DNA of 64,000 bases from an uncultured Nitrososphaerota archaeon. GTDB lineage: Archaea > Thermoproteota > Nitrososphaeria > Nitrososphaerales > Gagatemarchaeaceae. This document shows positions 9,512 to 19,100 of the stretch, piece by piece. The notes under the pieces are model-generated. The model did no database searches. It had not been told where the DNA came from and worked only from the letters and a program-made list of their open reading frames with translations. The stretch covers positions 704,001-768,000 of the forward strand of contig CAWISW010000003.1 of the NCBI GenBank assembly GCA_963838925.1, given 5' to 3'. The translations under genes were made by a program, and so were the position numbers. The first letter of the stretch is position 1, and each line of letters starts with the position of its first letter.

Positions 9512-10621
9512 ATGAACTGCCCGAACTGCGGCACCCAGCTCCCTGACGGTGCGATGTTCTGCTACAAGTGCGGCTCCAGCGTCGCCCCCAGAGGAGGCGC
9601 GCAGCCCGCCCAGCAGGGCGCCGGAGGAGCGTCGGTTCAGCAAAGGAGCGGGCCAGTTGTGGCCCCCGCTGACGCCACCGCGCTCAAGTGCCCTAGCTGC
9701 GGCGCCCCCATATCGCCGAAGTTCGGCGAGATGGTGATCACCTGCGAGTACTGCGGGACGAGCATCACGCTGGGCAACCAGGGGTGGAAGGACATCCAGA
9801 AGCACACCATGCTGCCGCTTAACGTCACAAAAGACCAGGTCGAGGCCAAGGTCCAGGCGATGATGGACAAGGGCATCTTCAGGCACCACCTGCACGAGGA
9901 GTCGACCCTCGAGGAGATGACCGCCACCTTCATCCCCTACTGGATCATCCCCGTCTCTGCTCGCACGCAGATCGTAGCGGTAGACGAGATGCAGCAGGTG
10001 GGCCAGATTGCCACGACCGCAGCGCTGATAGGGGTGATGGGTGGATTCGGCGGTGGCAGGGGCGGAGGCTTCGGCGGCGGAGGAAGGAGAAGGTCGTTCG
10101 ACATGGCAAGCATGCTCGGCTCGACGAGGTCGTCGTTGTTCGGAGGCTTCAGGGGCGGGATGCTTTCCGGCGGACTGCCCGGGACGATGTTCTACGGTAT
10201 GGGCATGGGGATGGGCGGAGGAGGCGGGAGGAAGACCTTCCAGCTCGACATGAACTACAACTTCCCCGTGGTCGCGATGAAGGACCTCACCGAGTACCAG
10301 CCCAAGGACTACACCTTCGACCTGAGCCAGAGGGTGATATTCGACGTCTCGAAGATAGACAAGAGCATCAAGGTCCTCAACGGCGACATCAGCGAGGACG
10401 TCGCCCAGGGACAGGCCAAGACCCTCGTCGACCAGCTCCAGTCGCAGAAGGCGCACGAGGCGCACCACATGATCCAGCAGATTCACACCGACATGGACGT
10501 CGCGGAGGGGGAGCTGCTCCACGTCCCGGTCTGGTTCGTCCGCTACGACCACAAGGGCAACAAGATAGTGTTCGTCCTCGACGGGAACTCCGGGGCCGCC
10601 ATCAACAGCCTCGGCCTCTAG
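9512..10621 (+). CDS. Zn-ribbon protein (YdjG-like)
   Basis: N-terminal CPNCG/CYKCG, CPSCG/CEYCG; FIPYW and VPVW...Y...LDGNSG motifs. Confidence 0.75.
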   Translation: MNCPNCGTQLPDGAMFCYKCGSSVAPRGGAQPAQQGAGGASVQQRSGPVVAPADATALKCPSCGAPISPKFGEMVITCEYCGTSITLGNQGWKDIQKHTMLPLNVTKDQVEAKVQAMMDKGIFRHHLHEESTLEEMTATFIPYWIIPVSARTQIVAVDEMQQVGQIATTAALIGVMGGFGGGRGGGFGGGGRRRSFDMASMLGSTRSSLFGGFRGGMLSGGLPGTMFYGMGMGMGGGGGRKTFQLDMNYNFPVVAMKDLTEYQPKDYTFDLSQRVIFDVSKIDKSIKVLNGDISEDVAQGQAKTLVDQLQSQKAHEAHHMIQQIHTDMDVAEGELLHVPVWFVRYDHKGNKIVFVLDGNSGAAINSLGL

Positions 10622-10624
10622 CGC

Positions 10625-11773
10625 TCAGTCGCCCTTCTTCTTCGTCAGCCGGCTCGCGCCCGCCACCACGAAGAGCGCCAGCGCGAGGGTGACCGGTATC
10701 GCTGCCGCGACCGGGAACTCTGGGGTCGTCGACGTCTGCGTCACCGCACCCGAGATCTGGGCGTAGTACGTCGAAGCTATGGGGGCCAGCAGCGTCTGGC
10801 TGTTCTGGTTGACCGAATTCCCACCCACGCAGTACAAGTAGCCAGACGCGGCGACGCACGAGCTCGTGTCGATGGGCGTCGGGTACTGGGTCGCGCCGTT
10901 CCAGGAGCTCACCCCCAGGGGAGACGACTGCCCGAAGTAAGCGTCGGTGCTGCTGAGCAGGTTGCTGTCGTACCCTCCCACGCAGTAGACGTAGCCGGAG
11001 TACGGGGCGCACGACATCGACGCGAGGGACGTGGGGTACGAGAGCGCGGCCGTCCACTGGCCGATACCGGAAGAGGTCAGAGGGGCGTAGTACGCGCTCG
11101 ATATCGGGCTGTTCTGGTTCGAGCCGGTCTCGGTCTCGCCCCCCACGCAGTAGATGTCGCTCGCATAGACCACGCACGAGGCCCTGTCGACGGCCAAGGG
11201 GTACTGGGTCGTGCCCGACCAAGAGCTCAGGCCCGAGGAGATCGAAGCGTAGTAGGTCGAGCTGACCTCGTCGCCGTTCCCGTTGAACCCTCCCACGCAG
11301 TAGATGTACCCCGAATACACGACGCAGGAGATCCCGGCCAGGGCGCTGGGATACGAGGCGACGCTGGACCACGACCCGAGGCCTGATGATGACGCCTGAG
11401 CGAAGTAGACGTTGCTCACGTTGTTGGGGTAGTCCTCTCCGCCGACGCAGTAGACGCTCGAGGTGGCGTTGACGCACGCCGCGCTGTCGACCGCCGTCGG
11501 GTATGCAGGGCCCGCCGACCAGCTGCCTATCCCGGACGAGCCGAGCGTGGCGTAGTATACCTGGTTGTGGCTGTTGCCGCCTCCGCCAAAGCCTCCGACG
11601 CAGTAGACCCGGGCCGACACCGCCACGCACGAGTCTCCCGCGAGCGCGAGGGGGTAGCTGGTGGTCTTCGTCCACTGGCCCAGGGTCTCGGCGTGCGCGA
11701 TGCCCATGGGCGCCGCGAGCAGCACGAGGACGAGGCCGGCGAGGACGAGCTCCCGGGGCTTGACTGATGCCAA
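10625..11773 (-). CDS. Secreted Kelch-repeat beta-propeller with PEF-CTERM-like sorting signal
   Basis: Signal peptide; six repeats YP...C....YCVGG; C-terminal PEFP, TM and KKK. Confidence 0.85.
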   Translation of the reverse strand: MASVKPRELVLAGLVLVLLAAPMGIAHAETLGQWTKTTSYPLALAGDSCVAVSARVYCVGGFGGGGNSHNQVYYATLGSSGIGSWSAGPAYPTAVDSAACVNATSSVYCVGGEDYPNNVSNVYFAQASSSGLGSWSSVASYPSALAGISCVVYSGYIYCVGGFNGNGDEVSSTYYASISSGLSSWSGTTQYPLAVDRASCVVYASDIYCVGGETETGSNQNSPISSAYYAPLTSSGIGQWTAALSYPTSLASMSCAPYSGYVYCVGGYDSNLLSSTDAYFGQSSPLGVSSWNGATQYPTPIDTSSCVAASGYLYCVGGNSVNQNSQTLLAPIASTYYAQISGAVTQTSTTPEFPVAAAIPVTLALALFVVAGASRLTKKKGD

Positions 11774-11801
11774 CGCAGAGACTCCCGCAGGAGGAAGCGT
11801 A

Positions 11802-12368
11802 TTAGCTTTGGCGGCTGCGGCGGCCGGCCTTCCCCTTCCTTATCGTGAAGACCGACAGGGTCTCGAAGAAGACCCTCTTCTCCGCCACGGACTCGACCTC
11901 GAGGCCGAGGTTGTCGCAGTGGGTGAGGAAGGCTCCCACGTCGCCCTCGTCCGAGAGGAGTGCGACGACCGTCCCCTGGTCTTTGAGCACCCTCAGGGCC
12001 TCCTCGAGGAAGGCGACCGCGACCTCCGTCCCGGTGGGGCCCCCGTCGACTGCCAGGTCCTCTATCCGGACCGAGGGCAGGTAGGGCGGGTTGAAGAAGA
12101 CCAGGTCGAAGACCCGGTCACGGAAGCACTTCGCCCTGTCTGCGAGCACCAGCTCCCATCCCGAACCCAGGGCCAGCCTCGCCTCCTCGCGGCCCATCAC
12201 GTCGGTCCCGACCGCCAGCCTGAACCTCTTCGCCGCCCCCTCCAGCACCGCGCCGCTCCCGAAGCCTATCTCGAGGCACGTCTCGCCGCGGAAGGGCTCG
12301 AGGGAGTCCCGCAGGAGGTAAGTGTCCTCCGCTGGCAGGTACCTGCCCCTTCCTGCTTTGGACGGCAA
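11802..12368 (-). CDS. HemK2/PrmC-family release factor glutamine methyltransferase
   Basis: PAEDTYLL, LEIGFGSG, FNPPYL and DGG motifs. Confidence 0.85.
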   Translation of the reverse strand: MPSKAGRGRYLPAEDTYLLRDSLEPFRGETCLEIGFGSGAVLEGAAKRFRLAVGTDVMGREEARLALGSGWELVLADRAKCFRDRVFDLVFFNPPYLPSVRIEDLAVDGGPTGTEVAVAFLEEALRVLKDQGTVVALLSDEGDVGAFLTHCDNLGLEVESVAEKRVFFETLSVFTIRKGKAGRRSRQS

Positions 12369-12388
12369 GGGGAAGGGAGCCCTCGGAT

Positions 12389-12655
12389 CTATTCCTGGAG
12401 GTCGCGGTTCGACATTACCTTGTACTCCTCAGGCGTCAGGACCTGGGTGACGTTCTGCGTCTGATAGAAGTACGCGGGGGCTCCGTCAGGGCCGTTGCCC
12501 GGGCGCCCGTCGGGGCCGAGCAGCCTGAACACCTTGACCATTACGGGTTTGACTCCCAGGACGGTGCCGTCGTCCAGCGAGTAGTAGCAGTATCTCTCCT
12601 GCAAGGGCTTGAATCCTACCAGCTTCCCCTTGGGTGCTTGTCCTTCTGGTGTCAT
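12389..12655 (-). CDS. Small hypothetical protein
   Basis: ORF fills the gap between co-oriented genes; YSLDDGTVL beta-hairpin pattern. Confidence 0.6.
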   Translation of the reverse strand: MTPEGQAPKGKLVGFKPLQERYCYYSLDDGTVLGVKPVMVKVFRLLGPDGRPGNGPDGAPAYFYQTQNVTQVLTPEEYKVMSNRDLQE

Positions 12656-12697
12656 AGGCCCGGGGGATGATTGCCTGCGATAAAAGGAATGGCGGCC

Positions 12698-13909
12698 CTA
12701 CCGTCTCTTCAGCAGCTTCGCCGCTCCCGAGCTGAACTGCGCCGCCTTCTTGGGAGCCGCAGCGAGCTCCCCGGGGAGCCCCAGCTCGAGCGCCGCGGCC
12801 CGGAGGACGGCCTTGCGCTCGCCCTCCCTGATCTTGTAGCCGAGCGGGAGCCCAGCGGCAAACGAGGCGACCCTCGAGTCCGCGTACGGGAACCTCGCCT
12901 CGCACGACGCGGAGCATGCGGCCTCGTCCCTCAAGAAGCCCCTCTCCGCGCACGCCCTGACGTCCTCCGCCATCATCCTCTCAGCGACCCCAGCGCCCTG
13001 CGCCGCGGCCTTTGCGTACTTCATGTAGCCGCCGAAGAGCTCGTCCGCCAGCTGGCCGAGGATCATCATCCTCGCCTCGTTCTTCCTCGCGAGCTCGCTG
13101 GTCGTCGTGTAGATGCACCAGAGCGCCCTGTCCATGAGGGTCGCCTCCCCCGGGGGCAGCTCGGCCCCATCCAAAATCCTCGCCACCGCCCTCTCGTCGA
13201 GGACCGCCGTCTTCAGCCGCAGCCCCAGGAGCGAGGCGGCCCTCTCCGACTGCCCCTCGTCCCTCGAGCCGGGGGCGTACGCGGAGCAGAGCACAACGTC
13301 AGTGTGCCTCGAGGCGAGCAGCGCCAGCAGCGAGCTGTCGAGCCCGCCGGAGAACGATATTGCGACCCGCTCCTCCCCGCGCACCCGCTCCTCCACCGAC
13401 CCCTCGAGGATGGCCGCGAGCTCCTTCGCGGCATCACCGAATGTGAGGGCGCGCCTCGCGTCTTCGAGCTTGGCCGCCCTCCTCACCCTCACCCTCTCGC
13501 AGGTCGTCCCGGGAGGGATCAGCTCTCCCCTGCCCCCGAGCAGCCGGTAGTCGCTGGACATGGAGCCCGCGCCCCGCCCCCGGCGTACCACCCAGAGCCC
13601 CCTCGTCCCCAGCGCGTCCCTCGCCCCGTAGTAACCGGCCTCTCCCTTTCCCAGAAGCGCGTACTCGCCCCCCGGGAGCTCGCCACCCTCGCGTGCGTAG
13701 CCGTGCACCAGCGGGAGGCTCCCTGCTTCCAGCGAGAACGCGAGCGCCACCTCCTTCTTCCCGGAGAGCCTGGAGGCGCCAATCTCCTCGAACTCTCCGC
13801 CCGCGCTGACCAGGACCCTCTCCGCGTATCTCCTCACCCGCCGCTCGGCCCCCCGGGCGAGAGCGGGGGCGCCCTCGCCCCTGAAGAGCGCGAACCCGTT
13901 GGTCCTCAA
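12698..13909 (-). CDS. Asparagine synthetase-like protein (synthetase domain, degenerate N-terminus)
   Basis: SFSGGLDSS PP-loop, GQLADELFGGY, PKKAAQFSSG; TTG start at 13909 overlapping the helicase TGA. Confidence 0.8.
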   Translation of the reverse strand: MRTNGFALFRGEGAPALARGAERRVRRYAERVLVSAGGEFEEIGASRLSGKKEVALAFSLEAGSLPLVHGYAREGGELPGGEYALLGKGEAGYYGARDALGTRGLWVVRRGRGAGSMSSDYRLLGGRGELIPPGTTCERVRVRRAAKLEDARRALTFGDAAKELAAILEGSVEERVRGEERVAISFSGGLDSSLLALLASRHTDVVLCSAYAPGSRDEGQSERAASLLGLRLKTAVLDERAVARILDGAELPPGEATLMDRALWCIYTTTSELARKNEARMMILGQLADELFGGYMKYAKAAAQGAGVAERMMAEDVRACAERGFLRDEAACSASCEARFPYADSRVASFAAGLPLGYKIREGERKAVLRAAALELGLPGELAAAPKKAAQFSSGAAKLLKRR

Positions 13910-16059
13910 CGGGCTGCCTCTTCCTTGATCTTCCTCGCCGTGACCGGGCCTATCTTCTCGACGAGCCCGAGCTTCTCCGCGGGCGCGTCCCGTATCGACT
14001 TTATCGTCTTGAACCCCGAGTTGTAGAGCGACCTCGCCCTCGCCCTCCCTACGCCGCGGATCTTCGTGAGCTCGACGAGCTCCGCCTTGACGCCCTTCTC
14101 CACCCTCTTCCTCAGGAACCCCGCCTCCTTTACGACCTCGTACTTGCCGAAGAGCTTCCCCAGCTCGCTCAGGCAGTAGAGGAGCCAGTCCGCGCTGTCG
14201 ACCGCCCTGTGGAGGTCCCCGGGCTCCGCGCCGAGCCTCTCGAGGATCGTGTCCTCCTTCTGCTCGTCTATCCACGAGTCGAGCACCATTATCGTCCTCA
14301 CCTCCTGCAGGATGTCCTCGTACTCCATGAACGACGAGCTCCTCCGCTCGTCGCCCAGCGAGAAAGAGAACCTGTTCGACTCGAGGAAGTCGTACGCCTG
14401 CTGGTAGTGCTTCTCCCTCATGGGGAACTTCGGCTCAAAGTCAGGAGCCCTCGCGATCAGGTGGAGCAGCCTCACGGTGTGGTCGGGGCCTGGCTCGAAG
14501 CCGCCCATGTTCTTCTTGAACAGGACACCGGTCAGCGGGTCGATGTAGAGCGTCGAGATCCTCTTCCCGAAGCCGGTCGCGTGGAACGCCCTGCTCTTCT
14601 CGACTATCAGCTGCTCAGCGAAGAGGTATCCCATCGCCGCGTCGACGTGCCTGGCGACCCCCTCCTTCCCCGTCTGGGCCGCGAGCAGCGTCTTCGAGAA
14701 GATGGAGTCTATCTCCTCCCTCGTGATCCCCATCCGGCTGGCTATCACGGCAAGAAGGTGGACGCGCATCCCCCTCTCACCCCCGAGCCTCGACTCTATC
14801 GGCTCGGGGCTCGACTCGACGTAGCGCCGCATCGCGTCCTCGGGGCTGTAGCTCGGGGGCGGGATAATCACCGTCTCGCCGTACTCGTCGTACTGAGGCC
14901 TCCCGGCCCTCCCGGCCATCTGCCTGTACTCCAGGACCGAGATGGGGGCGTTCATCCCCGCCTCGCCGTCGTACCTCGAGAGGTCAGCTATCACCACCCT
15001 CCTCGCCGGGAGGTTCACGCCGGCGGCTAGCGTGGGCGTGCTCGCGAGGACCTTCACTGCCCTCTCCCGGTACGCGTCCTCGACTATCTTCCTGTGCTCG
15101 TGCGGCAGCCCCGCGTGGTGGAAGGCCGCCCCGTTCGTCACGATGTCGGCCAGCAGCCTGCTGAGCCCCGTCTCCTCCCCGGACTCGCGGATCTTCCTCG
15201 CCGCCTCGCCGCACGCCAGCCTCTCCGCCTCCCCCAGGTACCTCGACGTGAGCTCTGAGGCCTTCGTGGCGAGGCTCACCGCCCTTCTCCTAGTGGAGGC
15301 AAAGATCAGCGACTGCCCGCCGGTCGAGACGGACTCTATGGCGACGTCTATCGCCGCGCCGTAGGTGGACCTGACGGTCTCGATCTCCCCCTGGAGGTCG
15401 CCGAACCACACGCGCCCGTGGTCGTACACCCCCTCGCGGAGGCGCACCGGCCTCCACGTCAGCTCGACGAGGTCCGACCTCAGCCACTTCGCGATCTCCT
15501 CCGCGTTGCTCACCGTGGCCGAGAGCGAGAGGAGCTGCGCCCTCACCCCGCTGTGGATCACCTTGGTGAGTATCATCTCGAGCGTCGGCCCCCTGTCGCC
15601 GCTCCCGGCGAGGTGCACCTCGTCGGAGATGAAGAGCCCCACGTCGGGGAGCCACGCTATCCCGTGCCTCAGGAGGGAGTCGAACTTCTCGTTGGTGAGG
15701 ACCAGGAGGTCGTAGTTCCTGAGCGCCTCCCCCGCCGAGTCGAAGTCGCCCGTCGAGATCACGCACTTCACCCCGAACCTCTCGAGGAGGTTCCGGAACT
15801 CCGCGTACTTCTCGGACGCGAGCGCCCTCAGCGGGCTGAGGTAGACGACCTTGCGCTTCTCCTCGACGATCCTCTTGTAGGCTGCCAGCGCGGCTATCAG
15901 GGTCTTGCCTGACGCCGTCGGGCTCGCAATCAGGAGGCTCCTCCCGTCGAGCAGCCCGGCATCGACTGCGGCGGCCTGCGGGGGATAGAGCTCGACGAAC
16001 CCCTGCGAGTTCAGGAAGGTCGTGAAGTCCTCAGGGAGCGGAAGGTCCTTCACCTTCAC
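13906..16059 (-). CDS. hel308: Ski2-like DNA helicase Hel308/Hjm
   Basis: PTASGKT, DEVH, FHHAGL, QMAGRAGRP, C-terminal HhH with GRARAR. Confidence 0.93.
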   Translation of the reverse strand: MKVKDLPLPEDFTTFLNSQGFVELYPPQAAAVDAGLLDGRSLLIASPTASGKTLIAALAAYKRIVEEKRKVVYLSPLRALASEKYAEFRNLLERFGVKCVISTGDFDSAGEALRNYDLLVLTNEKFDSLLRHGIAWLPDVGLFISDEVHLAGSGDRGPTLEMILTKVIHSGVRAQLLSLSATVSNAEEIAKWLRSDLVELTWRPVRLREGVYDHGRVWFGDLQGEIETVRSTYGAAIDVAIESVSTGGQSLIFASTRRRAVSLATKASELTSRYLGEAERLACGEAARKIRESGEETGLSRLLADIVTNGAAFHHAGLPHEHRKIVEDAYRERAVKVLASTPTLAAGVNLPARRVVIADLSRYDGEAGMNAPISVLEYRQMAGRAGRPQYDEYGETVIIPPPSYSPEDAMRRYVESSPEPIESRLGGERGMRVHLLAVIASRMGITREEIDSIFSKTLLAAQTGKEGVARHVDAAMGYLFAEQLIVEKSRAFHATGFGKRISTLYIDPLTGVLFKKNMGGFEPGPDHTVRLLHLIARAPDFEPKFPMREKHYQQAYDFLESNRFSFSLGDERRSSSFMEYEDILQEVRTIMVLDSWIDEQKEDTILERLGAEPGDLHRAVDSADWLLYCLSELGKLFGKYEVVKEAGFLRKRVEKGVKAELVELTKIRGVGRARARSLYNSGFKTIKSIRDAPAEKLGLVEKIGPVTARKIKEEAAR

Positions 16060-16120
16060 GGCCGGGCACCCTCCCTCGCCTCGGCAGAGCTCCGCACGAG
16101 GATGTCAGGCCGCCTCCCTT

Positions 16121-19100
16121 CTAGCCCTGGACTCTTCTGAAGAACCCGGGCTTCGACTCGAAGATTATCCCTTCCTTGGTTATCTTCTTGATCAGGTTGT
16201 CCACCTCGTCCTCGTTCGCGAACTTGTTGGTCCTCATCAGCTCCTGCTTGAAGACCTTCGCCTCGATAGGCTTCCTGTCCGGGCCCTCCAGCGCCCTCAG
16301 GGTGTCCATCACCGTCGCGAGCTTCCCCCTCTCGCCCGCGGGCTGCCCGAGGAGGATGCCGAAGTCTCCCTTCGTCTTGGTCTCCGTGTCGGTGAGGACG
16401 TCCTCCACCATCTTGTTCATCAGGGAGATTGCGGTGAGCGCGTCGTCCTCGGTGACCTCTTCTCTAAGCATCAGCCTGGCCTTCGCGCTCGCGAGGCGTA
16501 TCAGGGACTCCAGCGTCCTTGGGGTCGCCCCTATCTGCCCCTCGGCGACGCTCCTCCTCAGCTGGAGGTAGTACTCCTTGATTCTGTTCTCCGCCTCCAT
16601 CGTGAGCACCGGCGAGTAGTTCTTCGCGAAGGCGATGTACTTCTTGAGAAGCTCGAACTGTATGGGGGGCGAGTCGACGTACGCCCTCTTCCTGTGGACG
16701 TCGAGGATGTGCGTCGCCAGCTTCTCGTCCTGCCCTGGGATTGGCGTGTCCCTAAGGACGAATATCAGGTCGAACCTCGTCAGCAGCGGGATTGGGAGCG
16801 TGATGTTGTCGATTAAGTTCTGGTAGGGGTTGTATTTGCCTAGGATGGGGTTTGTCGCCGCGAGAATCGCGGTCCTCGCGTTCAGCGTAGCGTATATGCC
16901 TCCCTTGGCGATAGTTACGGTGTTGTGCAGCACGACGCCCGCCGAGGCGAAGTTGTGTCGGGGCTCCACGGTAACGTCATAGACCCATGCGGTCTTCTTC
17001 TCGCCCGCATTGGGGACAATCTCGACGTCGGTCACCCTAAGGAAACGCAACCCCATCATGCCTCTGATGAACTGAACAGTTCCTGTGAGCGATGCGAACC
17101 TTTCAGTAATCGCACGGCGGGTCTTCTCGAGCAGCTCTCGAACTTGCCCTTCACCATATCCTCCGCGCTCGGTGTACTCAATGGTCGACCTCCGCAGGCC
17201 GCACTCGTCAGCGAGCCTCTGCTGCGACCAGCCTGTCAAAGCGCGAAGCCCTTTGACAGTGTCCTCCTCGGGGAGGAGCATGAGAACCTTGTCGCGCCTC
17301 GCTTCTATCTTACCAAGCAGTCGTTCTACGGTGGGTTTGGTGATTCCATCGCCTGACTTTAGGTGGCGCCAGAAGGATCCGTCATAGGTCAGTCCGGCGT
17401 CCTCAAGGAGTTGTATGAGCGTCTTCGCAACGCTTGTCGGGAGCACGTCATGGCTCCTGTTGTTTCTCCGGCTCCTTGCGACTAGCCTCTGGACCTTGGC
17501 GCGTCTAGGGTCCCGCGGGTCCACTACTTTCTGAAGGAAATCTCCCAGACAATCGCCGGTGATGTATACCTTGAAAGAGTCGTTGGACCTGTCGACGTCT
17601 ATTCTGGACGCGATCGCCAATTTGAGGAGAAGGTCCTGATAGTCCTCCGCAAGGCCGCGGGACGCAGTGCGATAGCACACAGCGTCCGTCTCGACACCAC
17701 CATCGCCGAGAAATGCAGTCTTGAGGAATTCGTTGACGAGTGCGACTGATGCCCCGAGAATCTTGGCGGGCGCCCTCTTGCTTCTCGCCTTGCACATCAT
17801 CTCAGGGAAGTTCTCGCCTAACCAAGAATGGAGAGTTGTCGAGACGTACCTAAGTCCGGCCCATCTTCCCTCGGAGATCCTGATTGTTGGCTCGAGGCCA
17901 AACTCCTCGAGCATCAGCTCTCTCATCTCAATCAGTAGCCTCTCGTCCAAGTTCGTGAAGTCGACCTCGACAGACGATCCGACGTAGAAGTTGCCCTCCG
18001 TGACGAGGTACCCGAGTATCCTTGCCGTCTTGAGCGTCAGTACCTCGGGCTGGATGACATCCTTAGACCGCTTAGAACCGGCGACAGCGGTCAATGGGAC
18101 AGCCATCGCGGAGTTAGGAATAATTGTCGGGCCAGGGACGAACGCTCGCACCTTCAGGTTCTCGGCCGAGACCGTCGACATCCCCACCCCATCGAAGGAG
18201 AAGACGGGGTGCTCCGGAGTCACAACAACGGACCTGCCATTGGAGAAACTCACCTTGACGAAGCGGTCTGGCGCCCGGTGGCGACTGAGGTTTGCTATCG
18301 CGGTCTTCTCGACCTTGCCATCAAACAGGTCGACAGAGAATATCTTGTCGGAAGACTTCACTCGGACGATCTCGCAGTCCTTTCCCTCCTCGACCGTGTC
18401 CGGATGCGACCGGATCGCTTCTTCGACGTAGTCTCCTATCTTGACCTTTCCACTTGAAAGCAGAATCTCCGTCGAGGGATGGTAGGACTGCTGCTCCATC
18501 TGCTCGTGCAGGGCGCTCCTGTCCTCGGGCTTCATCTTATCGAACTCGTCGATGCAGGCAATCCCCTGGTCTGCGAGTACCACCACGCCCGCCTCTAGCA
18601 TCAGCGTGTTCTTCTCTCGAATCACGGCCGCGGAGAGGCCGGCCGCCGTCGAGCCCCTTCCAGAGGCGAACATGCCTCTCGGCGCGACCTGCGCGGCGAA
18701 CTTCAGCATCTCGGACTTGGCCACGCCGGGGTCGCCTACCAGGAAGACGTTGATGTCTCCCCTGAGCTTCGTCCCGTCCGGCAGCACCGTCTGCGGCCCG
18801 CCCACCAGCAGGAGGAGGATGGCCTCCTTCACCGCCTCGTGCCCTAGTATCCCGGGCGCCATCGACTTGATGAGCTTGGGGTAGGCGTCCGCGCCGGCTG
18901 CGATGCTCTTGATTATCGCCTCGTCCTCCTTTGTGATGTGTACCTGGCTGGGCTCCTTCCCGACCACCTCGATGTAGTTCGCGTCGATCTTCGAGCGGAA
19001 CGACCTGCTCCTGGGCGTCCCGAACGCGAAGTCCTGCTCCGCCCTTACTATCCCGGTCATGATTGCTCTGTCCCCGGGCCTAGCGGTGTTCACGATGTCG

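Noticed and set aside
10700-11680. Recurring ACGCAGTAGA repeats as a possible CRISPR or DNA repeat array
   Set aside because: They are the coding YCVGG motifs of Kelch blades
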